In this document: in pieces, positions 12,747 to 24,873 of the stretch
How the letters are laid out: every line of letters begins with the position of its first letter
How positions within the stretch are numbered: the first letter of the stretch is position 1
Origin: Takakia lepidozioides
Lineage: Eukaryota > Plantae > Bryophyta
DNA length: 64,000 nucleotides
Direction of reading: 5' to 3'
NCBI GenBank assembly: GCA_030704615.1
Contig: CM060733.1
Coordinates: forward strand, 59,086,001-59,150,000
Position numbers and translations under genes: made by a program
Notes under the pieces: generated by a model
The model's input: only the letters and a program-made list of their open reading frames with translations
Told to the model about the DNA's origin: nothing
Databases searched by the model: none

Positions 12747-13899
12747 ACTGTTACACAGCTATTTCAAAGATTCAAACGTAACAGACAGTACCTTAAAATT
12801 ACAAACAGGAGGTACTATCAGCAGATCTCAAGGGTTTATATAGACCTCGCTATGCACTCGCTGTAACGTCTACCAGCAGATTTAGGAAGAGCGACAAGGG
12901 CTTGCTGCTACTTCCCCTCTCCAATACCAGCCAAGCACTCAGTACGTCCTCAGTGCAACAGCGATGTAAGTTTGTAACTTGAAATAAACAGAGTCTCAAA
13001 GACTCGGCCGCTTTACTTCATGCCCAGCCTTCCTTCCCCACACAATCTATCAATCCTATCACTGATACAGGGATCATAGAAAAGCTCAGCTTTACAAATA
13101 TTTACGCTCCAATCCCTCTTTTGAGTTCCTGCTCTGCCACTCTGTTATCAAAGGACCAAACCGAACAGCAATTACAGGTCTCCACTTCCTTGCTTCCGAG
13201 CTTAGCCTTTTCGCAAGGCTCTGCAAAGCAGATGATGACTTCTCAAAGGCTGAGAGTTGAAAAAGGCCAAGAAGATGGATACATATACAATATGATACAA
13301 AATGTAAGGTGCTCAAAGCCAGAATGTGAACAGAATGCCTAATCGCACAGGAGCTCTTCCTTCTCTGCAGGCACAGGTTTCAGACGCGCCTAAGAAGATA
13401 GACGGCTGCTCATGCCCTGCCATCCTCTTTCTTGCTCCGGACCAGTCTTCTATATATTCACCGTCCAGCACGCTTTGACCGCGATCAATAACCACTAGAT
13501 CTCTGGCTATCTACCCTAAGCTTACGAAACGGACAACTAGCCGCCGCCGCCACAGCGTGCCCGAACTTTACACAAAACGGCAAGAGATAACCACCGACAC
13601 ACAGGCTCTTGCAAACTAGAACCGCATTGCAACCAAATGACGCAGCACGAGAAAGAGAAAGACAGCAAATGCAGCCGGATGAACGTCCCCCGACGCACTA
13701 ACAACCTCCGGTTTATCACCAAACACAAATCAAGACAAAGAAAAGAAACCAAAATATCTCTCAGGCCTAAGTTCCTCAATCGGGGAGCTCCAAAGCGGGA
13801 GCAGCAGGATGAGAGACGGCGGTAAGGGAGACACAAAAGACAGATTCAGATCGGATCAGATCGGGTCACATCTTATGTTTCCAGGCACGGCCTGAAACG

Positions 13900-14160
13900 A
13901 GATGACAAGCGACAAGCCCGACGTCAAAATGCAGGCCTGGACTAGATGCTGCTTCCATGGCCAGACAGGTAGAGAGCTCGGCCTGGATGGGCTATGGCGG
14001 ACGAGAGGGGGCGGCCGCGAGGCAGGCCAGCTGCGAGGGGCGGAGAGGAGGCCCACGACGTGGCCTGTGTGCCGGTGCACGTGTCCAGGAATGTCTGTGA
14101 CATCCGGATAGGATCATCCCGCCGGATTTTTCCGGCAGCTAGGGTTTGGCAGTTCTCACG
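13900..14160 (-). promoter_or_regulatory. GC-rich putative promoter of the carrier gene with ABRE/G-box motifs
   Basis: GACGTGGC (~14057), CACGTG (~14078), TAGGGTTT (~14140) upstream of a pyrimidine-rich leader and a probable 5'UTR intron (donor 13525, acceptor 13221). Confidence 0.4.
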
Positions 14161-14639
14161 ACTGAAGATCTGGGGTCGAATCTTCATGCCCCCGCTTTTC
14201 GGAGGCGGTTGCTTTTGGCTTACAAGTATTTAAGGTGATCGGTCAATTGTTCCAATTTTATCCGAGACGGATGAGGTGAGGTGGCGAGCAAGCTAAGTGA
14301 GTCCGCACTTGGCACTACCTGATAGTTGAACGACTTATATCTCATCCGAGATTTCAGGATGAAAACTGTACATTAGATTTACTTTACTAAAATTTTAAAC
14401 AACCTCCAGGGAGGTAGTGCTTAGCTTTTCGCGATCCCAGACTCTTCGTCTTCGTCTTCGGCTTCCCCAACCAGCCGATCACAGCAGCTGGTTTGAAGAC
14501 TTGTCGATGTGCTGGTCCTAAATTGGCTTCGAACGACAGCTGCGTCTCTACTACCGCAAATGCAGGCTGGAGATTTCTTCCAAGCATGACAGTAAGAAGC
14601 TTTCATGTTCGGCGGACTCGGAAGTTCCCACAGAGCTGC

Positions 14640-14930
14640 AGTTCTAGCAGCAGTGCACCGTTGACGCTACAGGGTGGGCTCACACCATCTACTGGTAGAT
14701 TGGACAACCTCGGGCTGGTACATGATACAAACTGTATGCTACAAACTGGTGCTGATAGTTTGTGCCCTGTTTGCATTAGACATGGCAGCTGGGAGATTGC
14801 GACCGAAGAACATTTTTTCTTTCACTGTCGTCTCTAGTCTCTACTATGAGATCCGCGGTAGACAGCCAATCTCGCTGATGAGAGTAGTACACTGGCAGCA
14901 CACCTACACGAGGCTCCCACCTTAGCGGGT
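14640..14930 (+). mobile_element. Decayed LINE C-terminal zinc-finger remnant
   Basis: SLCPVCIRHGSWEIATEEHFFFHC..YYEIRGR; the same motif type (EEHFFFYCPLYYD) occurs at 57722. Confidence 0.55.
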
Positions 14931-15786
14931 GTCTTGACGTTGTGTAGACTTTGTTTTCTTTTTGAGGGCCCAATGTATAGAATGGTTCCGGGATCAGAAA
15001 TGCTTCTAGCAGCATCCGGCACAGTGAGGCGTCCACTCACAACAATCATTTCCGGGCTGCTTTTGGAGGGTCCCACTCCCTTGAATGTTTCATGATTTCC
15101 CTTGTCCCTGAGCTTCCCGCGGACGTCGTTAGGTATCATTTCATTTCTTTGGTTTCGTCCACTTTGTCGGTGCTTTTTTTTTTGCCCCAGAAAGCATGTT
15201 ATAAAGCGTAGTAAGCAGTTAGAGCTGGTGTAGGGACTATTCTAGAGACTAACATGTTGGGTTGCTAGAAAAGGGCTGTCAGAGGTGTTTCTTGGCACGC
15301 AACCGCTGTGAGAGAGGAAGACACGTCCTAGCAGAGAAGGATGATCCATGATAACCCAAGATTAAGAGGCAATTGAGAGGTGCTAGTACAAAAGAATAGC
15401 GGTACTCCCTATCCTGCTGCCAATCACCAAGATACACGTTCACTATCTGCATACTCCTACCCAACTACCTTGTCACTTTGAAAGTCATCATCTATACTGT
15501 GAGAAAAGGGAGAGGCTGGGATGAGGGGGTGCAGAGACTCACAACATATATCTACAAACTTACAGTGTCTAACCTCCTCCCTTCCTATTGCATCTTCTTA
15601 TAGTCCTCCATTGAGAAAGGGCCTCACTCTCCACCCCTCAGCCCTCCCCTGTGATTTGTGCTTTGACTCGCTGGCTAACAATTGCACTCTTCGATCAGCT
15701 GGCAATCTCCCACCCAGAGATGGCCACCTTTTCTACTCAGTTTTGATGTCTGCTCCGTTTTCTAGGCCATTTTAAGCTTTTGTCTA

Positions 15787-17348
15787 TCAGACCCGCATTC
15801 CTCTTGGATGCCAAGGTTTGGAGATACGGGGCTGCAAGTACGAGACACTCGGAACCTCTGGGTCAAGATCTATAGCGACCCATTGCTCTGAGCCTCTTGC
15901 CGATGGAAATCCCATTAGCTGCTCTGTAACTTCACTATCTCCACGTCTCCCAGCACTGTATTTGTTCTTCCCTCTGTGCAACTCGACACGGGAGCAGCTT
16001 TCCGTACGACGCAATCCACGCCTTGAATGTGCCTGAGCAGTATCTGCAGTCCCAAACCTTTGAGATCCAAAGGGAGAAATTTCACCCTTGTATAAGTCGT
16101 TCAGTTTCCTGCTTGGAGTACCTAGGGAGCTGGATCTTCGGATTGGCAAAGTCATGAAATTCATACTGTCGGGTGTTCTTAGACTATTATTGGAGCTAGG
16201 GAAATAGTCGAGGCATGGATATCTCTGTGAAATGCCTGCCAACCTCTCCCACATCTCCACCGCCACTCTTCTGAAAGATGCGGAGTTTCGAGAGAGGGCC
16301 AATCTTGCACTCTCGTTTTCAGTCGCTTTTGAAATATTGGGTCCTGTTTCGCTCCTGCTTTCTGGAGAGTTCAAAACAGATTAAGTCACACCAATAAGCA
16401 CCTCGGCGTTAAAGCCTTCCACAAGGGCTATGTGTAACATGCAAGAGCACAGAGATTGATTTACTGCTACAACTGCGCACGTCATAAATTCTATCAACTT
16501 GGTACACGTTAGAAATATATTCTTCAGAACTTTGAATAGTGGCCTGTCAATCTCCTTCTCGCAACAATCATGCACCGGATGCCATACATCTCTAGAGCTA
16601 GTAAATTGAATGCAGAGGAAATAAAATGATTCTTACCTTCAGTCATTGCATTGCTTCCAGAGCCCATCAAAATTTGAACTTCATTCGATGCCAGAACGGA
16701 CATTTGTGGGTGGAAAGGCCGTTCTCCATCCGGGCTGTCCTCGATTGCCACAATTACCTCATGCGGTGAGGCAAGAGATTCTGCTTGAGCATCAAGTATC
16801 CTTCGAGAGACCTCCATAATTGGCGGAGAGCCAGCAGCAGGCAGCCCAGCGAAAGAGGGAAGAAGACCCGCGCGACACAGAGGGCAGGTAGAATGTGAGG
16901 AAACCCACTCATCAAGGCACTGCATATGGAAAACATGGCCGCATTTTGGTAGCAACCGCAACTTATCATCCTCCTCAAAATCACTCAAGCAAACCGCGCA
17001 TTCCGCATCCTCTTTCCCCTCCTTCAAATTTTTTACGACCATATAGTTCACCAAAGGAAGTTCATCAACCATTGATTTCTCCAGTCCCTGCCCTCCTTGC
17101 GAGTCCGAACCCCTTTCCGCAGTTTCACTTCCTCCTGAACTGAGCAGATACACCGTAGAGAAACCCGCACTGAATAAGGCACTAACCAAAATTACAATTG
17201 CAACGCTAGTTATGTCTGGATTCATCTGAGTGTTGGTCTGTTGCTGAAGGAATGATTCATTCTGAGCTTGGCTTGTTTGACTTGGAACTTGGCTCACCAT
17301 TCCGGGCTTCACACCTGAATCCCCTGGAGGAAGCAAACGGCCACCCAT
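15787..17348 (-). CDS. ATL-family RING-H2 E3 ubiquitin ligase, copy 1; exons 16637-17348 and 15787-16361; C-terminus shortened by a frameshift
   Basis: TM helix (ITSVAIVILVSALFSAGFSTVYL), GLEKSMVDELP (GLD motif), RING-H2 CAVCLSDFEEDDKLRLLPKCGHVFHMQCLDEWVSSHSTCPLCR; phase-1 intron GAAG|gtaaga...ctccag|AA restores the frame. Confidence 0.88.
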
Positions 17349-20300
17349 CCGAACCACTTCCACACACTTCTGAACAACCAACACAACCTCCTCTTCTTCC
17401 CAAAACAGTCTTCTTCCCCGCTTCCTCCCTTCTAGAGCTCTTCGGCTGTGCAAGCGATGGCGATGGCGATGGCGGTGGAGAAATTGAAAGCAAGACGAGG
17501 CAGGGCCACCATGCCTCCACCTCTTCCAAGCTCTCCAGCTACTCTCGGAAGGAGACGATGTGGATAGATGACAAGCACACAGAGGGATTGGACAGACTCA
17601 TCCAAATCGTGCAGGGTGACGTTTATTCATTCATCTTTGCAGTCATCATTCATTCATCCATGCTCCCCGACACTTTCTGAACCGCGAACTTTGGGATGTA
17701 AGACGACAGCGCAATGCGGAGACGCCACGCGTCGAATCTGGTGCGTCAACATACGAGGAACTGGGGCCGGGCCACGTGTGATTCTTTGCACCGCCGGGAA
17801 TTGACGGATGACGGCAATAATCCGACGATTGTCGTTGACTAGGGTTGTTGGTCAGGGTCTCTCTCTCACTGTGAGAGAGAATACCTCCATGAAGGTAATA
17901 CCATACCATATTTCCATCACTGTATGCTCGAATTGTAAACCCAAGTTAGTTGCTTTCATTTGTTATTGATTTCGTCGCCTTCCCTGTGCATCCTAGTGCA
18001 TATTCACTTTGACTGGACAAAAATCTGGTGGGGGCATACCTAAGTGGAGCATACTTATATGCACATACCACCTCAGAAGTGGTTGGGGTTCAATCGACCC
18101 TTGGTGTCACAAAGGTGTCCACCTTCCTAGCGGAAGTAACCCTTCGGGGTGAAGAGACACCATAATTTACGCTTCCTTCGCTCAAATATTAATATTATTA
18201 TAGTATTATTATGCACATAGATTAAAGTATCTAAAATAAGAATCACAACATAGATACGTCGGGCTGCACAGGTCTATAGTGCAATGGATGGAATATAATC
18301 ATGTTAGTTGACGACAACATCTGCAAGAATCGGAATCAAAAAATTAATCGCTTCATCTCCTCGATTCTTGTATCCTTTGAAATAGCATAGACCACTAGAA
18401 CAATTCACATTTGCTAATATCCATTCCGTTATGCAAGAAGGCTCCATATGCATAATATTTGCACATCGATAGCAAAAGGAGTTTATCAAGCACTTTTCAC
18501 GTCGTGCGTGTATATGATAAATGAACACTCATTCACAAACATTTGTTGATGTAAGACAAACACGATTCTTCAGCTCTGCACTACCCTATAAAGCATACAA
18601 CTATTTTCCCTCTCCATTTCTTAGTCATATTTTCCCAATTCTTAGTGTGCATTCCGTCTTGTCTGAGTTTTCAATACATAACTGTGTGGTCAGGTTGCAG
18701 ACATTTGTCCCAACCCAAATAGGATTTGATCAGTTTTGTTTGGTTGTATATGCTAAGAACCTGATGACCATTTGAAAATGTAAATGAGACACGCTCCCAC
18801 CTCTTTCAATCGCGAAAAACCCTGCCATGCATATGAACTTCTACGAATGTTCGATCAGACTGAGATCGACATCATGTGCACCAACTCCAATCGTGCACGA
18901 TAGCTCAAATATAATTTGCCGTTTCTTGTCTGCTCCAGGTTCCTTCTTTGGACGACCTCTACGCGTTGAACTGGCTATTAGCATACTCTCCATATTGTAC
19001 ATATTCTTCATGTTTAGCAAAGGGCCATGACGAAAATGAGTCGTTGAGTTGGTGGGGACCAAAATGGTGGCCGAAATTGATTAATATGTGTTTATTCTGC
19101 CATTTCAGATGTTGATTAGACTATGAGCATGCAGCTAATGGCAAGTGCTGATTCGGCACACAGAATCACCTCAAAAGCTTTTCAAGGTACGTGCAGTAGA
19201 GGGCCAATTCGGCCAAGTGTGCCCACCCAGGTCTTGCCCTACATGCTCAACTTGGGCATTTTGACAAAATAGGCCCTCTACTGTGCGTCTCTAGTACGGT
19301 TTGATTTGCCTCTATTGTGTACTAGCTGCAAGACTATTTCGTCATAGAAACTGTTTCCCCCAATTTCATAAGCTTAGTGAACTCATTCAGAGATGGGAGT
19401 ATTGAAGCTCCTCAATAGTGGTATGTCAATGACCTTGGGTTAATGGTGAAATCAACATAGACTGGCTCTGTCAAATGTTGGATGGCAAAATAAACCGCAG
19501 AAATATTTTCCAAACAGCATGGAAAATTGGGAATGGATTCTAGTCCATAATCAAGTCAAGCATATGTATGAAAATTTACACTTCAAAATATGCAGATTTG
19601 ATGGGGCCTCCTTTGTACCTGACCTGGCTGGGGTAGTGAAGTGGTGAACAACATTTCTGGCTATTCTGCTTTTGCCATCCAATAGCCACCCTTGCTAAAA
19701 GCAAAGTAGCCATGTTGCATACCATCCCGCTATAAACTTTTCTAAATCAGAAAAAGTAAAAACAGAGAATTTTGGCTAAACCCCAATTCATGTCTCTAAC
19801 CAGATATAGTCAGTGGCCACATTTGGGGAAAACACCAAATTTGTGATTGAAGTCCAACTAAATGTTGCAGAGAAAAATGCCTAAGTCCTAAATGTTGGTC
19901 ACAGTTGTGTGTATTGTTTGCAAGTTCATATGAAAATTTCAAAGTGCAACCAAAAGGGGAAGGCTTCTTTGCAAAGTGAATACAAGTTCAGTGCAAGACC
20001 CAAGTGGGAGTTGAACCCACTGGCATGCCTAGGCACTTGGTGCCTTGCATGTGGGCCAAAGTCACGGTTGGGTACACCATAACATTTGCCCCTTTTACAT
20101 ATGAACATGTAATATCCCAAAGGTAATCAATCTGTCAAATGGGACATCTCCGTTCAGCATATATAAACATGAGGGTAGTGTCGTGAATGACATCTGATAC
20201 AATTCCAGATTTGAGGATATCACCAGAAACCTCTTCGTAAAAATTTTCGCTGATGTCCTTACCTGTGAAGTCTTATCCAATGCATGCACTTGAAGATCTT

Positions 20301-20924
20301 GTGTTAGAGTATGTACTCATCCTCTAACACTCGATCTTCATGCCCATGCTTTGAATGTAGGCCACCTCAAAAATCTTAGTTGGTCTGCACGCTTATTACT
20401 TCCAGGGTACTAGTGTATTCTCGATTAATAAGAAAATCTCCCTGCCAAAATTAAACTGAGTGTCATGCACATGCCCTCACTACCTACAGGCATGATACAT
20501 ATAGCGGACGAGTTCAGATATAAACTTCAGGGCATTTCACAGCATCCAAGAATATATTCTTCTATCCTCTAAACATAGAGAGGTAACTGGTGTAACCAGA
20601 AGGTATGAAAAGAAAATATAGGGTTGTATTTCAACAACATCGGACTATCTAGTGGTATCTTGGAAGCAATACCCGGTGAAAACTAGAGCTGCAATTTTCA
20701 GGACTGCAAGAGCCACATTCTTGGACTGCGGTTGTAGTGAGAGAGAAAAGGTGGAATGAGTTGGCAAATTGGATGCCTACACTTTGAAGGCCACCCGAGG
20801 AGACGCCTTCAAGCGGCCCCCATGAGCCACTACACCATAGCTCTTGAGCCACACTGCTTTTCTGCAATATAGACAAACAAGCTAATTTTACTGCAGAACA
20901 ATGCATCACTTCTCAGCCCTCAGC

Positions 20925-22070
20925 TAGATACCACAGGCCATAATGCACTTTTCAAGTAGATCATGGAATAAGTGAACAGAATTGAAGAAATTGTCTATGC
21001 ACACCACATGTTCATTGTTTTCAAAGCCCTTCAACATCGACATGACCACCGTATGCCCTTGACCATGGCCCAAATCCACAGCATCGTCTTTGCCCAGGTA
21101 CACCTCAAAATTATGAGCATTCTTCAGCCCGAATGGTAAGAATCGCCATTAATATAGACAATCCTTATCGTGCTCATTGATCCTCCAAAATTTCGTCTTC
21201 TGCTTATCCGCCTCCTTGATCGGCAACTGGTGATATCCGAATCGCAAATCCAAAGTGATAAAGACCTTGGCAAATCCAATGGCATCAAAGATCTCATCTG
21301 GCATTGGCATGACATACCTATCCATTTAGAGGCTTTTAGGATATCATCATTACTAAAAAGATGTAAGAACCCATAATCTAGAGGTGCCAAGTGATATATG
21401 GAAAAATTCAAAAATCTCTAATTATTAGAAATAAAAAAAAATCAGAATTAAATACTAAAAATTCTAATAAAACAATTCTAGCCTATTTGGGGTGGGATTT
21501 TTTACTAAAAGTGTTAAATAGAGTCATATCTACAATTTAAAATTAACATCTTACCTTGACAAGCTTATTAAATCTCGGGTCTGACTTGTCTGAAACAGAG
21601 TGTCATTGTCCACCAAATGTAGTCATATTGTGATGCTCTCAAATCAACTTCTGGTCATGATATCTCTAAGACTGGACAGCCGAGAAAGGGAGATTTCTTC
21701 CAATAATAGCGGACATTCGGTTCTTTCTTTATGCCCCTGTAAATGCAAATCCCTAAATAAGCCCATAGCTCTGCTACACACAAAGGGCCAGTTGCTATCC
21801 TTGTAGATGTCATCAAATTGAACTCCAATAATATTGGCCTTCAATGATTCCTCATTATCATAAATTCCTAACTCCCCGAGAAGGTCCCCATTAACATCAT
21901 GTTGATCCCAATCAGAACCTGACTGACTTGTTTTCCAATCTTTTGACTCACCATTCCACTCGGAATCAGAATCTTCTACACTCCATGGCCATTCAAATGG
22001 GCTAGTAGGGCTGATGTCACCTTCACCAAGCTGAAATGCATAAGGATCCTGAATCTGCAAAATGGGAAGG
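20925..22070 (-). pseudogene. Decayed piggyBac (DDE_Tnp_1_7) transposase with an intron, interrupted by a gypsy RT fragment
   Basis: Manual translation: acidic N-terminus; LCVAELWAYLGICIYRGIKKEPNVRYYWKKSPFLGCP / RDIMTRS*FESITI*LHLVDN / DKSDPRFNKLVK|gtaag (21555-21790); HNFEVYLGKD...GHTVVMSMLKGFENNEHVVCIDNFFNSVHLFHDLLEKCIMACG (20930-21115). Confidence 0.85.
21116..21325 (-). mobile_element. Ty3/gypsy reverse transcriptase fragment (different family from 31512-37757)
   Basis: DRYVMPMPDEIFDAIGFAKVFITLDLRFGYHQLPIKEADKQKTKFW...LY*WRFLPFGLKNA. Confidence 0.88.
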
Positions 22071-23271
22071 TCTTCTCTACGTTTTTTCGCTTTTAAAATT
22101 AGGCAACCATGGAGATTGGTAGAAAAGTGGCCGCCTTAAGGGTGGCTTCGACAAATTCAAGTTTCCAGCTTTAGCATGCAACACATCGGGCAACTCCCCA
22201 TCCACAACAAGCAAGTATCAGCCCATGCTCGAGTAGCAGACGAATCTCCAACATGAACAATAGGAGGACTGTGAAAATCTCGAGAACCATCTTGGCTGTC
22301 CCAAAACCTGCTCAAAAATAGTACTATATAATTTACTGGCAATACTCCCAACCTTGGAGGTTCCCACATGTTGTATAGTAGGTAGATGTGGCCTCCTCCC
22401 TCGACGATGAAACTCCCCATCCTTGCAAAGAATCTCACAATCCTCATATGGGATGTGGTGAACTCCCAAAATTTGGCCCAAAATCTAGCAAAACCATGAC
22501 TCTACTAGTATCCAAATGTACGTAATGCTCCAACATGGAACCATATGCCCATTGGGGGTCAGAAAACTGGTCCTTTTCTACTCCACTTGCAGCCAGCAAA
22601 ACGTCATGTGCAACTCGGACATTTGTTCCTGACTCTATAGTTGGCATGTCAAGTACACTCCCAAAACTACTGGAATATGGAGAATATTCTAGCATCCGTT
22701 GCAAGTTGTCTAGGTCACATACAAGCTCAGTCGTGGGAATATCTACGTCCCAAGAAGACGATGGATTTGTATAGCCAGTTTGAGGGGGGATATCCTTCAA
22801 TAACCAATGATGTGCAGCTGTTATTTTCAACTGCTCCCTCCTGTCTACATCTTTACCCAAATCAAAGAGTTTGAGGGGGAGTTTGTTTCCCCCCCAAGAT
22901 GCTTGGCTGCCTCACAGGTGTTGACGTTGTTGGCTGATCCCTGCAAACTGCTAAATTGAATTTCGGAACAGAGCGACCCATTGTAGCATATTGGTTCTGG
23001 TTCATGGTGGACTGACTTTCCTCTTTACTTGGATCTCCATACTGCACTAGGGACTGACTTGTGGGTTGCGACTGAAGCAACCATTCCCACTTGTTCTCTC
23101 CCTTGCAGCTTGTTTGATCCCCCTGGACCTCATGGCCAAATTTTCTCTCTAAGTAAACTGTTCAACTCAGCTAAGAACCCATCTAACTCTCCTTCACATT
23201 TTCTCTCTTCCCTCTAAAGTATACTAGCACATTGTCTTCTAAACAGATATCTGAAATTGCAGGGTTTTGGT

Positions 23272-23358
23272 TAAAGATCAAGCATTAAGGTGTGCCAAGT
23301 GCTTGAACACTAAGCCTTTTGGTTCAAGCACTTGGCACACCTTAATGCTTGATCTTTA
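23272..23358. repeat. Perfect 37-bp inverted repeat with a 13-nt loop
   Basis: TAAAGATCAAGCATTAAGGTGTGCCAAGTGCTTGAAC (23272-23308) is the exact reverse complement of 23322-23358. Confidence 0.95.
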
Positions 23359-24873
23359 GTAGCCCCAACTCCAATAGCCCAAGCCATTACAATTTGTGTG
23401 GGCCCCTAGAGGGAATACCATGGCCTCCAAGTTCTTTGCTTTCAAATTCAAAATAAAAGCAATATGCCGCACTAGCTCTACTCCAGCTACACAACGTCGA
23501 AAACTTAAAGGCTGCGAGTGAGATACAAATGAAAACCCTAAATGCAATAGCTAGATAGTAGCAAAGTGCAAGTGCAACTACAAAAATGCAATCCACATGC
23601 AATCAAAAAACAAGGTACTAAAGTAGGTAGCGCTCATCAGAAATGCAAAGGACTCACAGATCTACAATAACGCAAGTTCCTTAAAATGCCTAAGCCACAA
23701 GTAAGAAAAAAAAAAAAAAAAAAACCATGAATATAATGCATGAATATAGATGTAAAATGCATGATTGACTATTGAAATGAGTCATCTCAATTTACATTCC
23801 CTAAGCAAAAAAATTGAGCCATTTTGAGATTTAAAGCTAATACCAGATCCGGACTATCACGTCTATTTTACCTATTTTCTACTTTCTCTATGTCGGTGTG
23901 TAGGTTAAATTGGAATCAGGGCAAGAATATATTGAAGCGCCATAGGTTGCACAACATTGCTCATTGCCCTATAAACTCCTTGTTTTTCCATGCAATTTAT
24001 GAAGAAGAAGAAAGAGCACATGCAAAGCCATAGCGAAGCCTTCATGGCCAACCTTTCAAGTGCCACAAAGAAAGAATCAAACTCAACTCCAGGATGGTGG
24101 TCAAAACAACTGAAGCTGAGTTCAGCACATGCAATTTTGTTGCTAGCTGTGTGGATTAACTAGTGGCAACTTCAACCATAGTTTTTCTTTTGTTTTGTTT
24201 TTTGTGCTTCTATTTTGACAAGCAATGTTTGGAGACATACACAGAATAATAGACAGCACTGAAGCAGAAACAATGGAAGACACATGATCTTCAAGGTGCC
24301 TTGCAATGGTCCACCAAGCCCTCTTTGTGCTGCCCTTCAGCTCTTAAAAGAAAACTTGCAGTTGCATGAAACCACCAATTTGTCATCTAGTTGAAGGAGG
24401 AAGAAGGAAATGAAAGGATCTGGTAAGTAACTGAATAAGTAGGTACAATGGACATTGGTGCCTTTATTTAAAAAATTAAGAATTGAATTTTAGTATGCAG
24501 GAGGTGCAGCCACTGATCCTGGCCAGGAAAGGCTGGTCCCCTAGTAAGAACTTGGAGGTTTTGGAGATGTAAGCCCTAGGTGAGTAATACCATGGTGCAA
24601 GGGATATCTACAGTTGTGTAGCCAAACCCAGCAAGGGCAAATGAGGGATGTAATCATCTCAACCTTATATACACATGAATAGCCGTGAGGGAGAGGAATC
24701 TCACACTACAGTGAGCGCAGCCCGATCCAACTTGAGTGGTTCTAAGAGACTCATTACATATACTCGACACTAACTTACTGACCTGTGTTGAGTATATGTA
24801 CTGAGTCCATGACGGAAGACTAGTGCACAGCATTCAACAGTTCCTTCTCTCTGAAGAACTAGTTCAAAAGGAG

